In this document: one piece after another, positions 36,917 through 48,265 of the stretch
Position numbering within the stretch: position 1 is the first letter of the stretch
How the letters are laid out: the number at the start of each line of letters is the position of its first letter
From: Vicinamibacteria bacterium
GTDB lineage: Bacteria > Acidobacteriota > Vicinamibacteria > Marinacidobacterales > Marinacidobacteraceae
Assembly (NCBI GenBank): GCA_965199715.1
Contig: OZ241322.1
Coordinates: forward strand, 2,112,001-2,176,000
Reading direction: 5' to 3'
DNA: 64,000 nucleotides
Program-made: the position numbers and the translations under genes
The notes under the pieces: model-generated
Told to the model about the DNA's origin: nothing
The model's input: the letters and a program-made list of their open reading frames with translations, nothing else
Database searches by the model: none

Positions 36917-37818
36917 CGATACGCCCCGTAGTCCACCGGCCCCGCGAGCGCCGGTCCGGGGCGAAGCCGCTCGAGCCGCTCGGATCCCAGCTTCGCCACG
37001 TACTCGGCCCGATCCGCGACCCCGCGCACCCACTCGTCGAGATACCGCTCGAGCCGCACCGGGTCGCGGGTGATCCGGTCCCAGGCGACGTAGGCGGCGT
37101 TGTCCCGGTCGTAGTAGCCCTGCGCGAAGCTCGGATGGGCGCCCCACGGAGCCTCCACCACCGCGTCCACGATCAGGCTCGGGATCGCGGTGCGGTCGGG
37201 GTCGGCGCGGACTGCGCTCTCGGGGACGATCTCCTCGACCACGACGATCACCCGCCGCGCCGCGAAGGCGACCTCCTTCTGGGCCCCGCCCAGCCCCCAG
37301 ATCTGCGCGTTCCCGTGTTCGTCGGCCCGCTGCGCGTTCACGATCGTCACGTCGGGCCGCAGCGCGGGAACCGCGTCGAGCGTCTCGCCGGTGAAGGGGC
37401 AGACGACTTCGCGGACGTTCGGGTTCACCCGCGGCAGGTCGGTGCCGCGATAGCTCCGCAGCGGCAGGAACGGCAGCCCGGAAGCCCCCGCCCGATAACG
37501 GCGGAGCAGGCCGAAGTGCGAGTGCTCCTCGATCTCGAGCGCGCCCGACTCCACCGCCCGGCGCACCGCGTGGAGCGAGCCGACTCCGGGGTTGCCGAGC
37601 CAGCCGAAGACCAGCTTTCGCGCCGTTCCCGCCGCGACCATCTGGTCCATGAGGAGGTCCGGGGTGAGGCGGACGAGCGTCAGGTCGCGGCGGCGCTGGC
37701 GGATGATCTCGTGCCCGGCGGCGAAGGGGATGAGGTGCGTGAATCCCTCGAGCGCGACCGTGTCGCCGTCGCGCACCAGCGCCGCGACGGCGTCCCGCAT
37801 CGAGCGAACCCGGGACAT
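36913..37818 (-). CDS. Family I CoA-transferase alpha subunit (GctA/PcaI-like)
   Basis: DGDTVALEGFTH, AGASGLPF, CPFTGE, QRADEHGNAQ and GAHPS. Confidence 0.88.
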   Translation of the reverse strand: MSRVRSMRDAVAALVRDGDTVALEGFTHLIPFAAGHEIIRQRRRDLTLVRLTPDLLMDQMVAAGTARKLVFGWLGNPGVGSLHAVRRAVESGALEIEEHSHFGLLRRYRAGASGLPFLPLRSYRGTDLPRVNPNVREVVCPFTGETLDAVPALRPDVTIVNAQRADEHGNAQIWGLGGAQKEVAFAARRVIVVVEEIVPESAVRADPDRTAIPSLIVDAVVEAPWGAHPSFAQGYYDRDNAAYVAWDRITRDPVRLERYLDEWVRGVADRAEYVAKLGSERLERLRPGPALAGPVDYGAYR

Positions 37819-37820
37819 CG

Positions 37821-38819
37821 CTATGCGTCGAAGCGATCGAGCCAGTCCCGGAGGCGGGCGACCTCCTCCGCTCCGTCCGGCTCCAGTTCCGCCTGGTAGA
37901 GGCGGCTGCGGACCGCGAACCGCTCGAGGTCGTCGGGGTCGTCGCGCTCGAAGATCTCCCCGACGCGGCGGCGGAAGAAGGCGCCCCAGTCGGGCCGCCG
38001 GCCGTCCACGTCCGTGAATCCGTACTCCCGGGCGAGCGCCCAGCTCGAGAACAGGCCGCCGTTCTTCCTGCGGACGTCGGGATCGGCGGCGAGCGCCGCG
38101 ACCGCCCGGCCCACGAAGCACGGCGTCTCGGACTCGGCGAACCACGGATCCTTCTCGATCGCGTCCCGCCAGTTCGCCTCCGAGACCCCGAAGTGGTCCA
38201 GCATCGACTCCGAGCGCAGGAACCCCGGGGTCAGCGCCAGCGCGGTCACCCGATGCGCGCGGAGGTCGCGCGCCATGGCGCCGGCGAGGCGGATCGCGGC
38301 GTTCTTGGCGAGGTCGTAGAAGAGGTTCCCGCGGTAGCCGAGGGTGTCGCCGTCGGTGACCTCCACGATCAGCCCGCAGTCGCGCTCGACCATCAGCGGA
38401 GCGGCGTGGCGGCTCGTCACGATGTGGGTGTGGACGGCCCGCTCCAGCATCGTGAAGCCCTTTTCGACCGAAAGCTCCCAGAAGCGCGAGCCCCACTCGG
38501 TGAGCGCGTCGCCGCCCCAGACGTCGTTGACGAGGACGTCGAGGCGTCCGTGGTCCTTCCGGACCCGCGCGAACAGGTCGCGGACCTCTTCCTCGCGGGT
38601 GTGGTCCACCCGGACCGCGAGGCCGCGTCCGCCCTCCTTCGCGACGAGTTCGGCGGTCTCCTCGAGCGTCTCCGGGCGGCCCTCGGTCGCGGGCCGGCCC
38701 CGGACGCTGCGCCCGGTGCAGATCACGGTCGCCCCCGCCTCGCCCAGCATCCGGGCGATCCCCCGCCCGGCGCCGCGGGTGGCGCCCGCGACCACGGCGA
38801 CCTGCCCGCCGACGCTCAT
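37821..38819 (-). CDS. SDR family oxidoreductase
   Basis: VAGATRGAGRG, LDVLVND and YDLAK (YxxxK). Confidence 0.88.
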   Translation of the reverse strand: MSVGGQVAVVAGATRGAGRGIARMLGEAGATVICTGRSVRGRPATEGRPETLEETAELVAKEGGRGLAVRVDHTREEEVRDLFARVRKDHGRLDVLVNDVWGGDALTEWGSRFWELSVEKGFTMLERAVHTHIVTSRHAAPLMVERDCGLIVEVTDGDTLGYRGNLFYDLAKNAAIRLAGAMARDLRAHRVTALALTPGFLRSESMLDHFGVSEANWRDAIEKDPWFAESETPCFVGRAVAALAADPDVRRKNGGLFSSWALAREYGFTDVDGRRPDWGAFFRRRVGEIFERDDPDDLERFAVRSRLYQAELEPDGAEEVARLRDWLDRFDA

Positions 38820-40030
38820 GCGAGGCGGCGGCCGATCTCGGCGATCTCCTCGCGGGTGATCGTGAGCGGCGGGGCGACGAGCGCGAGGTCCGGCGCGACC
38901 GGATAGACGAGCAGTCCCCGCTCGAAGGCGCGGTCCGCGAAGCGTCGCGCCGGGACTCCGGCGGTTCCGGCGAGAAGGCCGCGCGCCCACCAGTCCCCTG
39001 ACGGCGCGAGCGCTCGCCGCAGATCCTCCTCGAGCGCGGCGGCCCGTTCGACGAGCCTCTCGTCGCGGATGATGGTCAGCACCTCGCGGACGACCGCGGC
39101 GACCACCGGATGATGGGAGAACGTGAAGCCGTGGCGGAAGTCCGGGGCTGCCGCCTCGACGACCCCGGGCTTCGCGACCACGGCTCCGCCGGGAACGTAT
39201 CCGGAGGTCAGGCCCTTGCCGAGCGCGAGGACGTCGGGTTCCACCCCCGAATGTTCGCATGCGAGGAACCGCCCGGTGCGGCCGCATCCGGTGAGGACCT
39301 CGTCGGCGACGAGGAGCACGCCGCGTTCCTTCGCCGCACGGGCGACCCGGCGCAGGTAGTCCTCCGGCGGCGCGTACCCGCCCGCCGACGCGCCGAGCAC
39401 CGGCTCCACGAGGACCGCGGCGACGGTCTCGTCGATGCCGTTCGCGAGCTCGTCCGCGCAGGCGACCCCGCAATCCGGCCACGCGAGGTCGAGCGGGCAG
39501 CGCGGACACCACGGCGCCGGGACGAGGGGCATGTCGGCGAGCATGGCCTCGTAGGGAGCGCGCAGCGCGTCCCGCCCCGAAACCGCGAGCGCGCCGAGCG
39601 TGTTCCCGTGGTAGCCGGGACGCTGGGAAACGACCCGCCAGCGCTCCGGGCGGCCGGCGGCGACCGCGTGGGCGCGGGCCAGCTTGATCGCGGTCTCGAC
39701 TGCTTCGGCCCCGCCCGGAGTCAGATAGACGCTCGCGTCGCGATAGCCGGGCGGCAGCGAGGCCACGAGCAGCGCGGCGGCCTCCTCCATGGAGTCCGTC
39801 GTGAACTGGCCTCCGTGGACGTACCCGACCCGCTCCATCTGGCGGGCGGCGGCGCGGACGACGCGCTCGCGGCCGTGGCCCACGCTCACGGTCAGCGCGC
39901 CGCCGCAGGCGTCGAGCCACCGCCGGCCGTCCTTTCCCTCGATCCAGACGCCCGACGCCCGCGCCGCTATGTCGTAGGCGCGCTCGAGGTCCCGATAGAA
40001 GACCGCGCCCTTCGGATGCCCGAGCTTCAC
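38816..40030 (-). CDS. Class III PLP aminotransferase
   Basis: GGAEAVETAIKLAR, YHGNTLGAL, VEPV, ADEVLTGCGRTG, LGKG and HGFTF. Confidence 0.9.
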   Translation of the reverse strand: MKLGHPKGAVFYRDLERAYDIAARASGVWIEGKDGRRWLDACGGALTVSVGHGRERVVRAAARQMERVGYVHGGQFTTDSMEEAAALLVASLPPGYRDASVYLTPGGAEAVETAIKLARAHAVAAGRPERWRVVSQRPGYHGNTLGALAVSGRDALRAPYEAMLADMPLVPAPWCPRCPLDLAWPDCGVACADELANGIDETVAAVLVEPVLGASAGGYAPPEDYLRRVARAAKERGVLLVADEVLTGCGRTGRFLACEHSGVEPDVLALGKGLTSGYVPGGAVVAKPGVVEAAAPDFRHGFTFSHHPVVAAVVREVLTIIRDERLVERAAALEEDLRRALAPSGDWWARGLLAGTAGVPARRFADRAFERGLLVYPVAPDLALVAPPLTITREEIAEIGRRLA

Positions 40031-40615
40031 GACCACACGCCGTCCGCGACGAGCCGGCGCGTCCGCCCGAGCGCCCGGGCGAGGCTCGGGGAGTTCGCCG
40101 CCGCCTCGGGATCCCGGGTCGCGCGTGCGAAGTTCTCGATGCGCAGGGCGCGTTCCGGTCCTGCCGCGCGCTCGCTCCCCTGACCTGGAGTCATCGCCCG
40201 CCGCACTTCCCTTTGGCGCGAGGTTTCGAAGATCCTGACCGAGCGGCGTTTCGGATGTTCCAGTTCGTCGGGTCTGAGTGGGATGCGACCGGGCTGGATG
40301 GAAAATTCCCGGGAGAGCCCTTCGTGGTCGGCCATGAACCAGCTTTCGAGCGCGCGAACGGGAATCCGGACGCACACGCGTGGGTTCACGTGATTCCCGC
40401 GCATGCGGCGCAGCAGTTCGGGAGCGCATTCGCGTCGATCGAGATCGCGCAAGACGAGCCAGTTCATGGGGGATCGGGACAGTTCGCGCACTTTCCGGTC
40501 AAGTCTGGACGAGGTTGCGATGAAGGGTACGGCCAGGATCCCCAAGCGCTCCAGAATGCGCGCCGCCGCGACGTCGGTGCGGCCCTCTACGGCGAGGAGG
40601 ACGCGGATCCAGGCC
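40027..40615 (-). pseudogene. DUF4276-like (TOPRIM-fold) partner of the AAA ATPase; start codon not evident
   Basis: LAVEGRTD, WLVLRDLD..CAP, RIPVRALESWFMAD and SPSL.R. Confidence 0.62.
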
Positions 40616-41760
40616 CGGCGACGCGCCTGCCGAGGAATGAGACCTCCCGGGGCTCCACGACCGAACGAAGAATCTCCGGGATGGACAGGCCGCGTTCGAG
40701 CAGCGAGGGCGCGTCGCGCAGTTCGCGCGCCAGCCGGGCGCTTGTTCCTTCCGCTCCCGGGATCAGGGCGATCACCTCGTCCGCGCCGACCCCGCCGGGG
40801 TCCTTGAGGATGTCGGTCGAGTGCGTCGTCGCGATCACCTGGACGCCCCGAGCGACGCCCGAGCTGTGGAAGAGGGGCGCCAACTGCCGTACGACTGCGG
40901 CGTGCAGCGAGAGCTCCGGCTCTTCCAGCAGGATCACGCCGCCCCGAGGGGTGTCGGAAAGCGCCCACAGCATTCCGACAAGCCGCAGGGCGCCGTCCGA
41001 GAAAGAGCGCTCGTCCTGGGCCGAGCCCCGGCGCCAGTGCTCGTGTTGCGCCAGCAGACGCCAGCTCCCATTGGCGTCCCGACTCGGCTGAAGCGCGCTG
41101 AGCTGGGGCGCGGCCAGCTTGAGGGCCTCTCGGATGCGAGCCGGAAGCCGTCGCCGTTTGTGGTCGGGAGTTCGGGCGATGGGGGCGAGGAAGTCGGAAC
41201 CGTGGGGATCTTCCGTGCGCAGATGCGCGAATTCCGGCTCGCGCACGAGTTGAGGGACGAGGTGGAAGTACCGGACGCGGTCGAGGAATCCGACGATGTC
41301 CCGCAACTCCTCGTTCGCATTCGTCTGTTCGAGATGAGTCTGGGTCAGTCGCGCCGGATCGGACTCGTCTTCGGCCGTCGGCCGCTCGAGGATCGTCTTC
41401 GCGCCCCGCTTCACGATCTCGCTCGTGAGCCGCGGACGCCGGCCCCGCGTCCCCCCAACGAGAGCGACCACGTCCACTGGCCCGGTCGGGCGTCGTCGCC
41501 GAGCCGGACTTCGAGCGTGACCAGCCCCTCGTTGAAGCCACGAGCGGCGAGGCAGCGGACCCGCGAGACCCCGCCCCGGATGGCCAGCGCGTCCTGAAAC
41601 CCCCGCCCGGCGCGGCGACGTCCCGCAGGAACCGGATCGCGTCGAGTAAGTTCGACTTGCCCGAAGCGTTGGCCCCCACCCCGAACATCCGCCCCGCCGC
41701 GTCACAGCGCAACTCCGTGAAGTTCCGCCACTTCCTCAGCGTGATCCCGGTGATTCGCAC
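40587..41760 (-). pseudogene. AAA_21/ABC-type ATPase, frameshifted
   Basis: N-terminal LRKWRNF..GANASGKSNLLDAIRFL is in one frame; FSDGALRL, LLEEPELSLH and IATTHS are in another. Frame changes near 41600 and about 41460. Confidence 0.8.
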
Positions 41761-42389
41761 GGCGGCGGGATTCTACGGCGGCGGTTCCAGACTGCCGGCA
41801 TGACCAGGGAAGCCGCTATGGACCATCCGATCCACGAACTCGTCGCCCGCCGCTGGAGCCCCTACGGCTTCGCCTCGCGCCCGGTTCCGCCTGCGGATCT
41901 CCGCTCGCTCTTCGAGGCCGCGCGGTGGGCGGCGTCCTCCTTCAACGAGCAGCCGTGGCGCTTCCTGGTGGCCATCAGGGAGGACGAGGCCGCGTTCGCC
42001 CGCGTCCTCGAGTGCCTCATGGAGGGCAACCGCACCTGGGCCGCCGACGCGCCGGCCCTCGCGCTCGGTTGCGTGCGGACGACGTTCGCCCGTGACGGCC
42101 GCGAGAACTCGGTCGCCCGGCACGACCTCGGCCTCGCGGTCGGCAACCTCACCCTCGAGGCGACGGCGCGTGGGCTCTTCGTCCATCAGATGGCCGGCGT
42201 GCTTCCCGAGCGAGCCCGCGACCTCTTCGCCATCCCGGCGGAATTCGAGATGGTCACCGGGATTGCGATCGGCTACCGGGCCGAGGCGAAGGACCCGAAC
42301 CTGCGCCGTCGCGACGAGGGGCCCCGAACCCGGCGCCCGCTCGCCGAGTTCGTCTTCGGCGACAGGGGCGGCCGGGCCTTTCCTGACCC

Positions 42390-43790
<1,401 letters not shown>

Positions 43791-43800
43791 GGGGCCGATT

Positions 43801-44256
43801 CTAGGGTTTGAGGACGACCCACAGGGCGCCCTCGCCGCCGTGCCTGCGGTCCGTCGCCTCCCACGTCTCGACGAGATCGCTCCACTCGCCGAGCCACTCG
43901 GGGACCCGTTCGCGGAGAACGGCCCGGCCCCCGGGAGAGTTGCGGCCCTTGCCGTGGATCACCTTGACCACCCGGCGTCCCCGCCGGCGGCAGTCGCGCA
44001 GGAACGACTCGAGCTTGCCTCGCGCCTTGGCCTGGGTCATCTGGCGCACCGAGACGTCGGGAACGTCCTCGCCGGCGCGGGCGTCGCGGAGCAGCTTCCT
44101 CCTGGGCCGGGGTCGTGGTTGCGGCTCGACCCGACCGATGTCGGGCAACGTCTCGAACGTCCGGCGGAACTGGTCCGCGTCGTCCGGCTCGGCGGCGCGC
44201 TCGCCGTCAACGTATCTGCGGAACTCGGCCCGCTCGGCTTCGGTGATGCGCCCCAT
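43801..44256 (-). CDS. Smr/MutS2-domain protein
   Basis: VKVIHGKGRNS, V.EWL and HGGEGALWV. Confidence 0.85.
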   Translation of the reverse strand: MGRITEAERAEFRRYVDGERAAEPDDADQFRRTFETLPDIGRVEPQPRPRPRRKLLRDARAGEDVPDVSVRQMTQAKARGKLESFLRDCRRRGRRVVKVIHGKGRNSPGGRAVLRERVPEWLGEWSDLVETWEATDRRHGGEGALWVVLKP

Positions 44257-44302
44257 GGCCCCCGAATTATTCCTGCTAGCATCCGGGAACGGCCCGATTC
44301 GC

Positions 44303-45589
44303 ATGCTCCGAGCGCTCGTTCTGTCCCTCCTCGTCGCGGCCCCGGCGGCCGCCCAGTACGGCTACTTTCCCGAGGCGCCCGAGGCGGTCTCGGTGGACGA
44401 CCTCGCCCGCACCCCCGGCCGGTTCCACGAACGCGCGGTCCTCGTGCGCGGACGGCTCGGGTTCGGCTTCAGCAACGACGTCCGGGTGCACGTGCTGGAG
44501 GATCCCGACCGTTTCGCCAGCGAGATCATGATGGCCGAGCCCTACATGGCCGGCAACCAGCTCCAGTTCATGGCCGCGTCGGAGCTGGAGGTGGAGGGGT
44601 GGTTCTTCTCCACCCGGATGCTCGACGAGTACACGCTCCGCTCCCACCCGATCCTGCGCAACTACCCGTTCGATCCCTCGTGGCTCAACGGCATGGACAT
44701 GCGCACCGAGGGGTTCCTCGCCGTGGTTTCGGTCTCGACGATCGCGGAGACGAAGGACATCGCCGACGAGCGGGCGAAGGAGGCCCGCGCCGAGATGGAG
44801 ATCGGCGACGCGGTCAAGATCGAGCCCGGAAGCGTCGCCGCGGTCTCGCTGGACGACCTGCTCGCCACGCCGGCCCCGTACCTCGGCCACCGGATCGAGG
44901 TCGTCGGCAAGTTCCGCGGGAACAACCTGTTCGGCGATCTCTCGATCCAGGACAAACGGACGCCCCGCGACTTCGTCATCAAGGTCGCCGACGACGCGAT
45001 CTGGGTCACCGGGATGCGCCCGGCGGGGAGCGGGTTCCGCCTCGATCCGAAGCGCCGCCGCGACACCGGCGAGTGGATGCGGGTGTTCGGCCGGCCGTGG
45101 ATGGCCGACGGCATGGTGTACCTGCGCGCCGAACGGCTCGAGCTCGCCGACGACCCCGGGGATCCCGAGCTGGAGCCGGTCGATCTCCGGGTCGCCGAGG
45201 ACAAGGCCCGCGAGGAAATCGTCGAGCCGCTGCGGGTGGTGTTCTCGCTCCCGCTCGACGGCGAGCGCGCGATCCCGCTGGACAGCCAGTTCCGGATCCA
45301 GTTCTCGAACCGCATGGATCCCGCTTCCTTCAACGCCTCGGTAGACCTTCTCTACGAGAACGACTGGGACGCGAACCCGTTTCCCGACCTCGAGGTGACC
45401 TACGACCCGGCGAGCCGCTCGATGCTGGTCACGCCGAACGCCGTCCTCGAGCCGGACCGGGACATCCATCTCCTGCTGTACCGCGAGATCCGCGACGAGC
45501 ACGGCCAGACGCTGCCCGAAGACGGAATGGCCTCCGATTGGGACGAGCAGGCGGTGCGCGTGTTGACCTTCCGGACCGCTTCGTCTTGA
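44303..45589 (+). CDS. Exported protein with two OB-like repeats and a C-terminal Ig-like (Big_5/SbsA-like) domain
   Basis: Signal peptide and two repeats of VS.DDL..TP....r...v.G. C-terminal VVFSLPLDGE..IPLD..FRIQFSNRMDPASF. Confidence 0.6.
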   Translation: MLRALVLSLLVAAPAAAQYGYFPEAPEAVSVDDLARTPGRFHERAVLVRGRLGFGFSNDVRVHVLEDPDRFASEIMMAEPYMAGNQLQFMAASELEVEGWFFSTRMLDEYTLRSHPILRNYPFDPSWLNGMDMRTEGFLAVVSVSTIAETKDIADERAKEARAEMEIGDAVKIEPGSVAAVSLDDLLATPAPYLGHRIEVVGKFRGNNLFGDLSIQDKRTPRDFVIKVADDAIWVTGMRPAGSGFRLDPKRRRDTGEWMRVFGRPWMADGMVYLRAERLELADDPGDPELEPVDLRVAEDKAREEIVEPLRVVFSLPLDGERAIPLDSQFRIQFSNRMDPASFNASVDLLYENDWDANPFPDLEVTYDPASRSMLVTPNAVLEPDRDIHLLLYREIRDEHGQTLPEDGMASDWDEQAVRVLTFRTASS

Positions 45590-46365
45590 GTCGGGCGCCG
45601 GTCGCGCTCACCGTCGCCGGGTCGGACTCCGGCGGCGGCGCCGGGGTGCAGGGCGACCTGAAGACCTTCGCCGCGCACCGCGTCTACGGCGTGACGGCGA
45701 TCACCGCGGTCACGGCCCAGAACACGGTCGCCGTCACCGGTGTCGCCGAGATCGATCCCGACCTCGTCCGCGAGCAGATCCGGGCGGTCCGCGAGGATTT
45801 CCCGATCGCGGCGGCGAAGACCGGCATGCTGGGTTCGGCGGCCATCGTCGAGGCCGTGGCGGAATCGGTCGCCGGGCTCCCGCTGGTCGTGGACCCGGTC
45901 ATGGTGGCGAAGAGCGGCGACCGGCTCCTGCGCCGGGACGCCGTCGAGGCGCTGCGGGAACGGCTCGTGCCGGGGGCCGCGCTGCTTACCCCCAACCTGC
46001 CCGAAGCCGAGGACCTGGTCGGCTTCCCCGTGCGCGACGAGGCCGCGATGCGCCGCGCCGGGAGCCGGCTTCTCGAAATGGGGCCGTCCGCGGTGCTCGT
46101 CAAGGGCGGGCACCTCCCCGGCGACGACGTGACGGACATGCTGTTTGACGGGAGCGACGCGACGGTCTTCCGTTCGCCCCGGATCCGCACCCGCTCGACC
46201 CACGGGACCGGCTGCGCGCTCTCGGCGGCGATCGCGGCGAATCTCGCCGCCGGCCTCGGCCTTCCCGAAGCGGTCGCCCGGGGCCGCGAGTACCTGCGCG
46301 AGGCCATGCGCCGCGCGGTCCCGCTCGGACGCGGCCACGGCCCGCTCGCCCACCTTCCCGGCTGA
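45586..46365 (+). CDS. thiD: Hydroxymethylpyrimidine/phosphomethylpyrimidine kinase
   Basis: LTVAGSDSGGGAGVQGDLKTF, TAQNT, KTGML, DPVM, TPNLPEA, KGGH and HGTGC. Confidence 0.94.
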   Translation: MSRAPVALTVAGSDSGGGAGVQGDLKTFAAHRVYGVTAITAVTAQNTVAVTGVAEIDPDLVREQIRAVREDFPIAAAKTGMLGSAAIVEAVAESVAGLPLVVDPVMVAKSGDRLLRRDAVEALRERLVPGAALLTPNLPEAEDLVGFPVRDEAAMRRAGSRLLEMGPSAVLVKGGHLPGDDVTDMLFDGSDATVFRSPRIRTRSTHGTGCALSAAIAANLAAGLGLPEAVARGREYLREAMRRAVPLGRGHGPLAHLPG

Positions 46366-46366
46366 C

Positions 46367-46798
46367 GTGGACGCCTTCCTCCTCACCGAGCGCCCGCTCG
46401 ACGCGCAAGCGGTCAGCGACGGTCTCGTCACCCCGGCGGACGGGGCGCTCGTCGTGTTCTCCGGCGTCGTCCGGGAGCGGAACCGGGGCCGGAACGTGCT
46501 CTTCCTCGAGTACGAGGCGTTCCCCGAGATGGCGGTTCCGGTGCTGGAGCAGGTAGCCCGCGAGATCGCCGAGCGTTTCGAGGTGACCCGCCTGCGCGTC
46601 CACCACCGGATCGGCCGGGTCGAGATCCGCGAGACCAGCGTCGTGGTCGCGGCCGCCTCCCGGCACCGGGGCCACGCCTTCCGGGCGGCGCAGCACATGA
46701 TGAACGAGCTCAAGCGCGTCGTCCCGATCTGGAAGCGCGAGCACTTCGAGGGGGGCGACGTCTGGGTCGAGGGGCCGAAGGCGCCGATCACCGAGTGA
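46367..46798 (+). CDS. moaE: Molybdopterin synthase catalytic subunit
   Basis: GALVVFSGVVR, LEYEA, HRIG, HR..AF and PIWKRE. Confidence 0.92.
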   Translation: MDAFLLTERPLDAQAVSDGLVTPADGALVVFSGVVRERNRGRNVLFLEYEAFPEMAVPVLEQVAREIAERFEVTRLRVHHRIGRVEIRETSVVVAAASRHRGHAFRAAQHMMNELKRVVPIWKREHFEGGDVWVEGPKAPITE

Positions 46799-47037
46799 TC
46801 GAGGTCCGGTTCTTCGCCGCCGCCCGCGAGGCCGCGGGCGCTTCGCGGCTCGAGCTCCCCTGGCGGGACAGCGTGACCGCGCTCGAGGTCTGGTCCGGGC
46901 TGATGCGCGACCGCCCGGCGCTGCGGGCGCTCGACGCCTCGGTGAGCATGGCGGTGAACCGCCGCCACGTTCCCCGGGAGACGCCGCTCAAGGACGGCGA
47001 CGAGCTCGCGTTCCTGCCGCCGGTCAGCGGCGGCTGA
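46795..47037 (+). CDS. moaD: Molybdopterin synthase sulfur carrier
   Basis: VRFFAAARE, AVN and DGDELAFLPPVSGG. Confidence 0.93.
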   Translation: MIEVRFFAAAREAAGASRLELPWRDSVTALEVWSGLMRDRPALRALDASVSMAVNRRHVPRETPLKDGDELAFLPPVSGG

Positions 47038-48265
47038 GCCGCTCGACCAGCCGCTCCCGCCGCGCCCGGAACCGCTCCCGGAAGTCCGCCGGCAGGCGGG
47101 GAACCCGGTCGAGGCGCTCCTCGGCGTCCTCGACATGCAGCAGCGCGCGGGCGAAGTCGCAGTATTGGTGCTCCTCGATCTTCGCGAGCTCCTCGAGCGC
47201 CTCGATCTGCTCCCGGTGGTCGCCGGGAACGATCTCGGCGAGCCGGGCGGTGGCCGCTTCGATCTCTCCGGCCCGGCGGCGGATGCGCCCCAGCTCCAGC
47301 AGGCAGCGGTTGCGGTGCGTCCCGCCGAGCCCCATGGCGAGCGCCGCCTCGAAGCGCGGGACCGCCCGCTCCGGCTCGCGCCGGTTCAGGAAGTGCCGGC
47401 CCACCCGGAAGAGCTCCTCGGAGTCCTCGCCGCGCCAGTCGTCCCGGCAGAGCTCGACGGCCCCGAGCGAGAGCGCGGCGAGCGTGCGGATGTCGTGGCG
47501 GTTGTGCGAGAGCACGAGGCCCATCGCCGGGTGCCCTCCGGTTCGCAGCGCCTCGAAGAACACCCCCGGAATCTGCGCCCCGGGGATGTCCTCGTCGCGC
47601 TCGACCCCGACGACCTCCCGCTCCAGCGTGGTCAGTTTCGCCCCGTCGTCGCGCCGGAAGATGCGCCTCGCGGTGTGGTACATGTCGAGGTGTCGCATCC
47701 CGGCGAACGGATCGGGCAGCCGGTGCATCGCGAAGCGGGTCTCCAGCAGCGGCATGTCGAAGGCGCGTCCGTTGTAGGTGACGAGGCAGTCGCGATCGCC
47801 CGCCAGCGCCGCGATCGCGTCCAGCATCGCGCGCTCGCCGGCCATCGTCCGCATCAGGAACTGGGTGACCCGGAACGAGTTCCCGCGGATCCGGCCCACG
47901 CCGACGAGAAACGCGTAGGTGCCGGTCCCGCCCGAGAGGCCGGTGGTCTCGGTGTCGAGGAAGAGCGCCCGGCGGAGATCCACCGGCTCCCGGTCCGGAA
48001 CGACGTGCAGCAGCCCCGACTCCGCCTCGCTCACCCCGGCGAGGCCGGCGAGCGTCGAGCGGCCGTAGGGAACCTCGAGCGGAAAGTCGTGGTCGCTCCG
48101 CACCCACGGGTCGCCGGCCGGCGGGCGCGGCGCCGGGCGCTTCCAGCCGGCCTCGGTCCGCTGGACCAGCTTCCGGAGCCGGGCGATGCGGTCGTCGGGC
48201 GGGGACGGCGAAACGACGCGGGGGCGCATGCTCTCGAGGCGCTCCCGCAGCGACTGCTTCGTCAT
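47024..48265 (-). CDS. YprB/MrfB-like RNase H-fold exonuclease with TPR-like C-terminus
   Basis: FLDTETTGL, TYNGRAFD, HLDM, DIPG..IP, HNRHD and ELAK..EH. Confidence 0.85.
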   Translation of the reverse strand: MTKQSLRERLESMRPRVVSPSPPDDRIARLRKLVQRTEAGWKRPAPRPPAGDPWVRSDHDFPLEVPYGRSTLAGLAGVSEAESGLLHVVPDREPVDLRRALFLDTETTGLSGGTGTYAFLVGVGRIRGNSFRVTQFLMRTMAGERAMLDAIAALAGDRDCLVTYNGRAFDMPLLETRFAMHRLPDPFAGMRHLDMYHTARRIFRRDDGAKLTTLEREVVGVERDEDIPGAQIPGVFFEALRTGGHPAMGLVLSHNRHDIRTLAALSLGAVELCRDDWRGEDSEELFRVGRHFLNRREPERAVPRFEAALAMGLGGTHRNRCLLELGRIRRRAGEIEAATARLAEIVPGDHREQIEALEELAKIEEHQYCDFARALLHVEDAEERLDRVPRLPADFRERFRARRERLVERLSRR

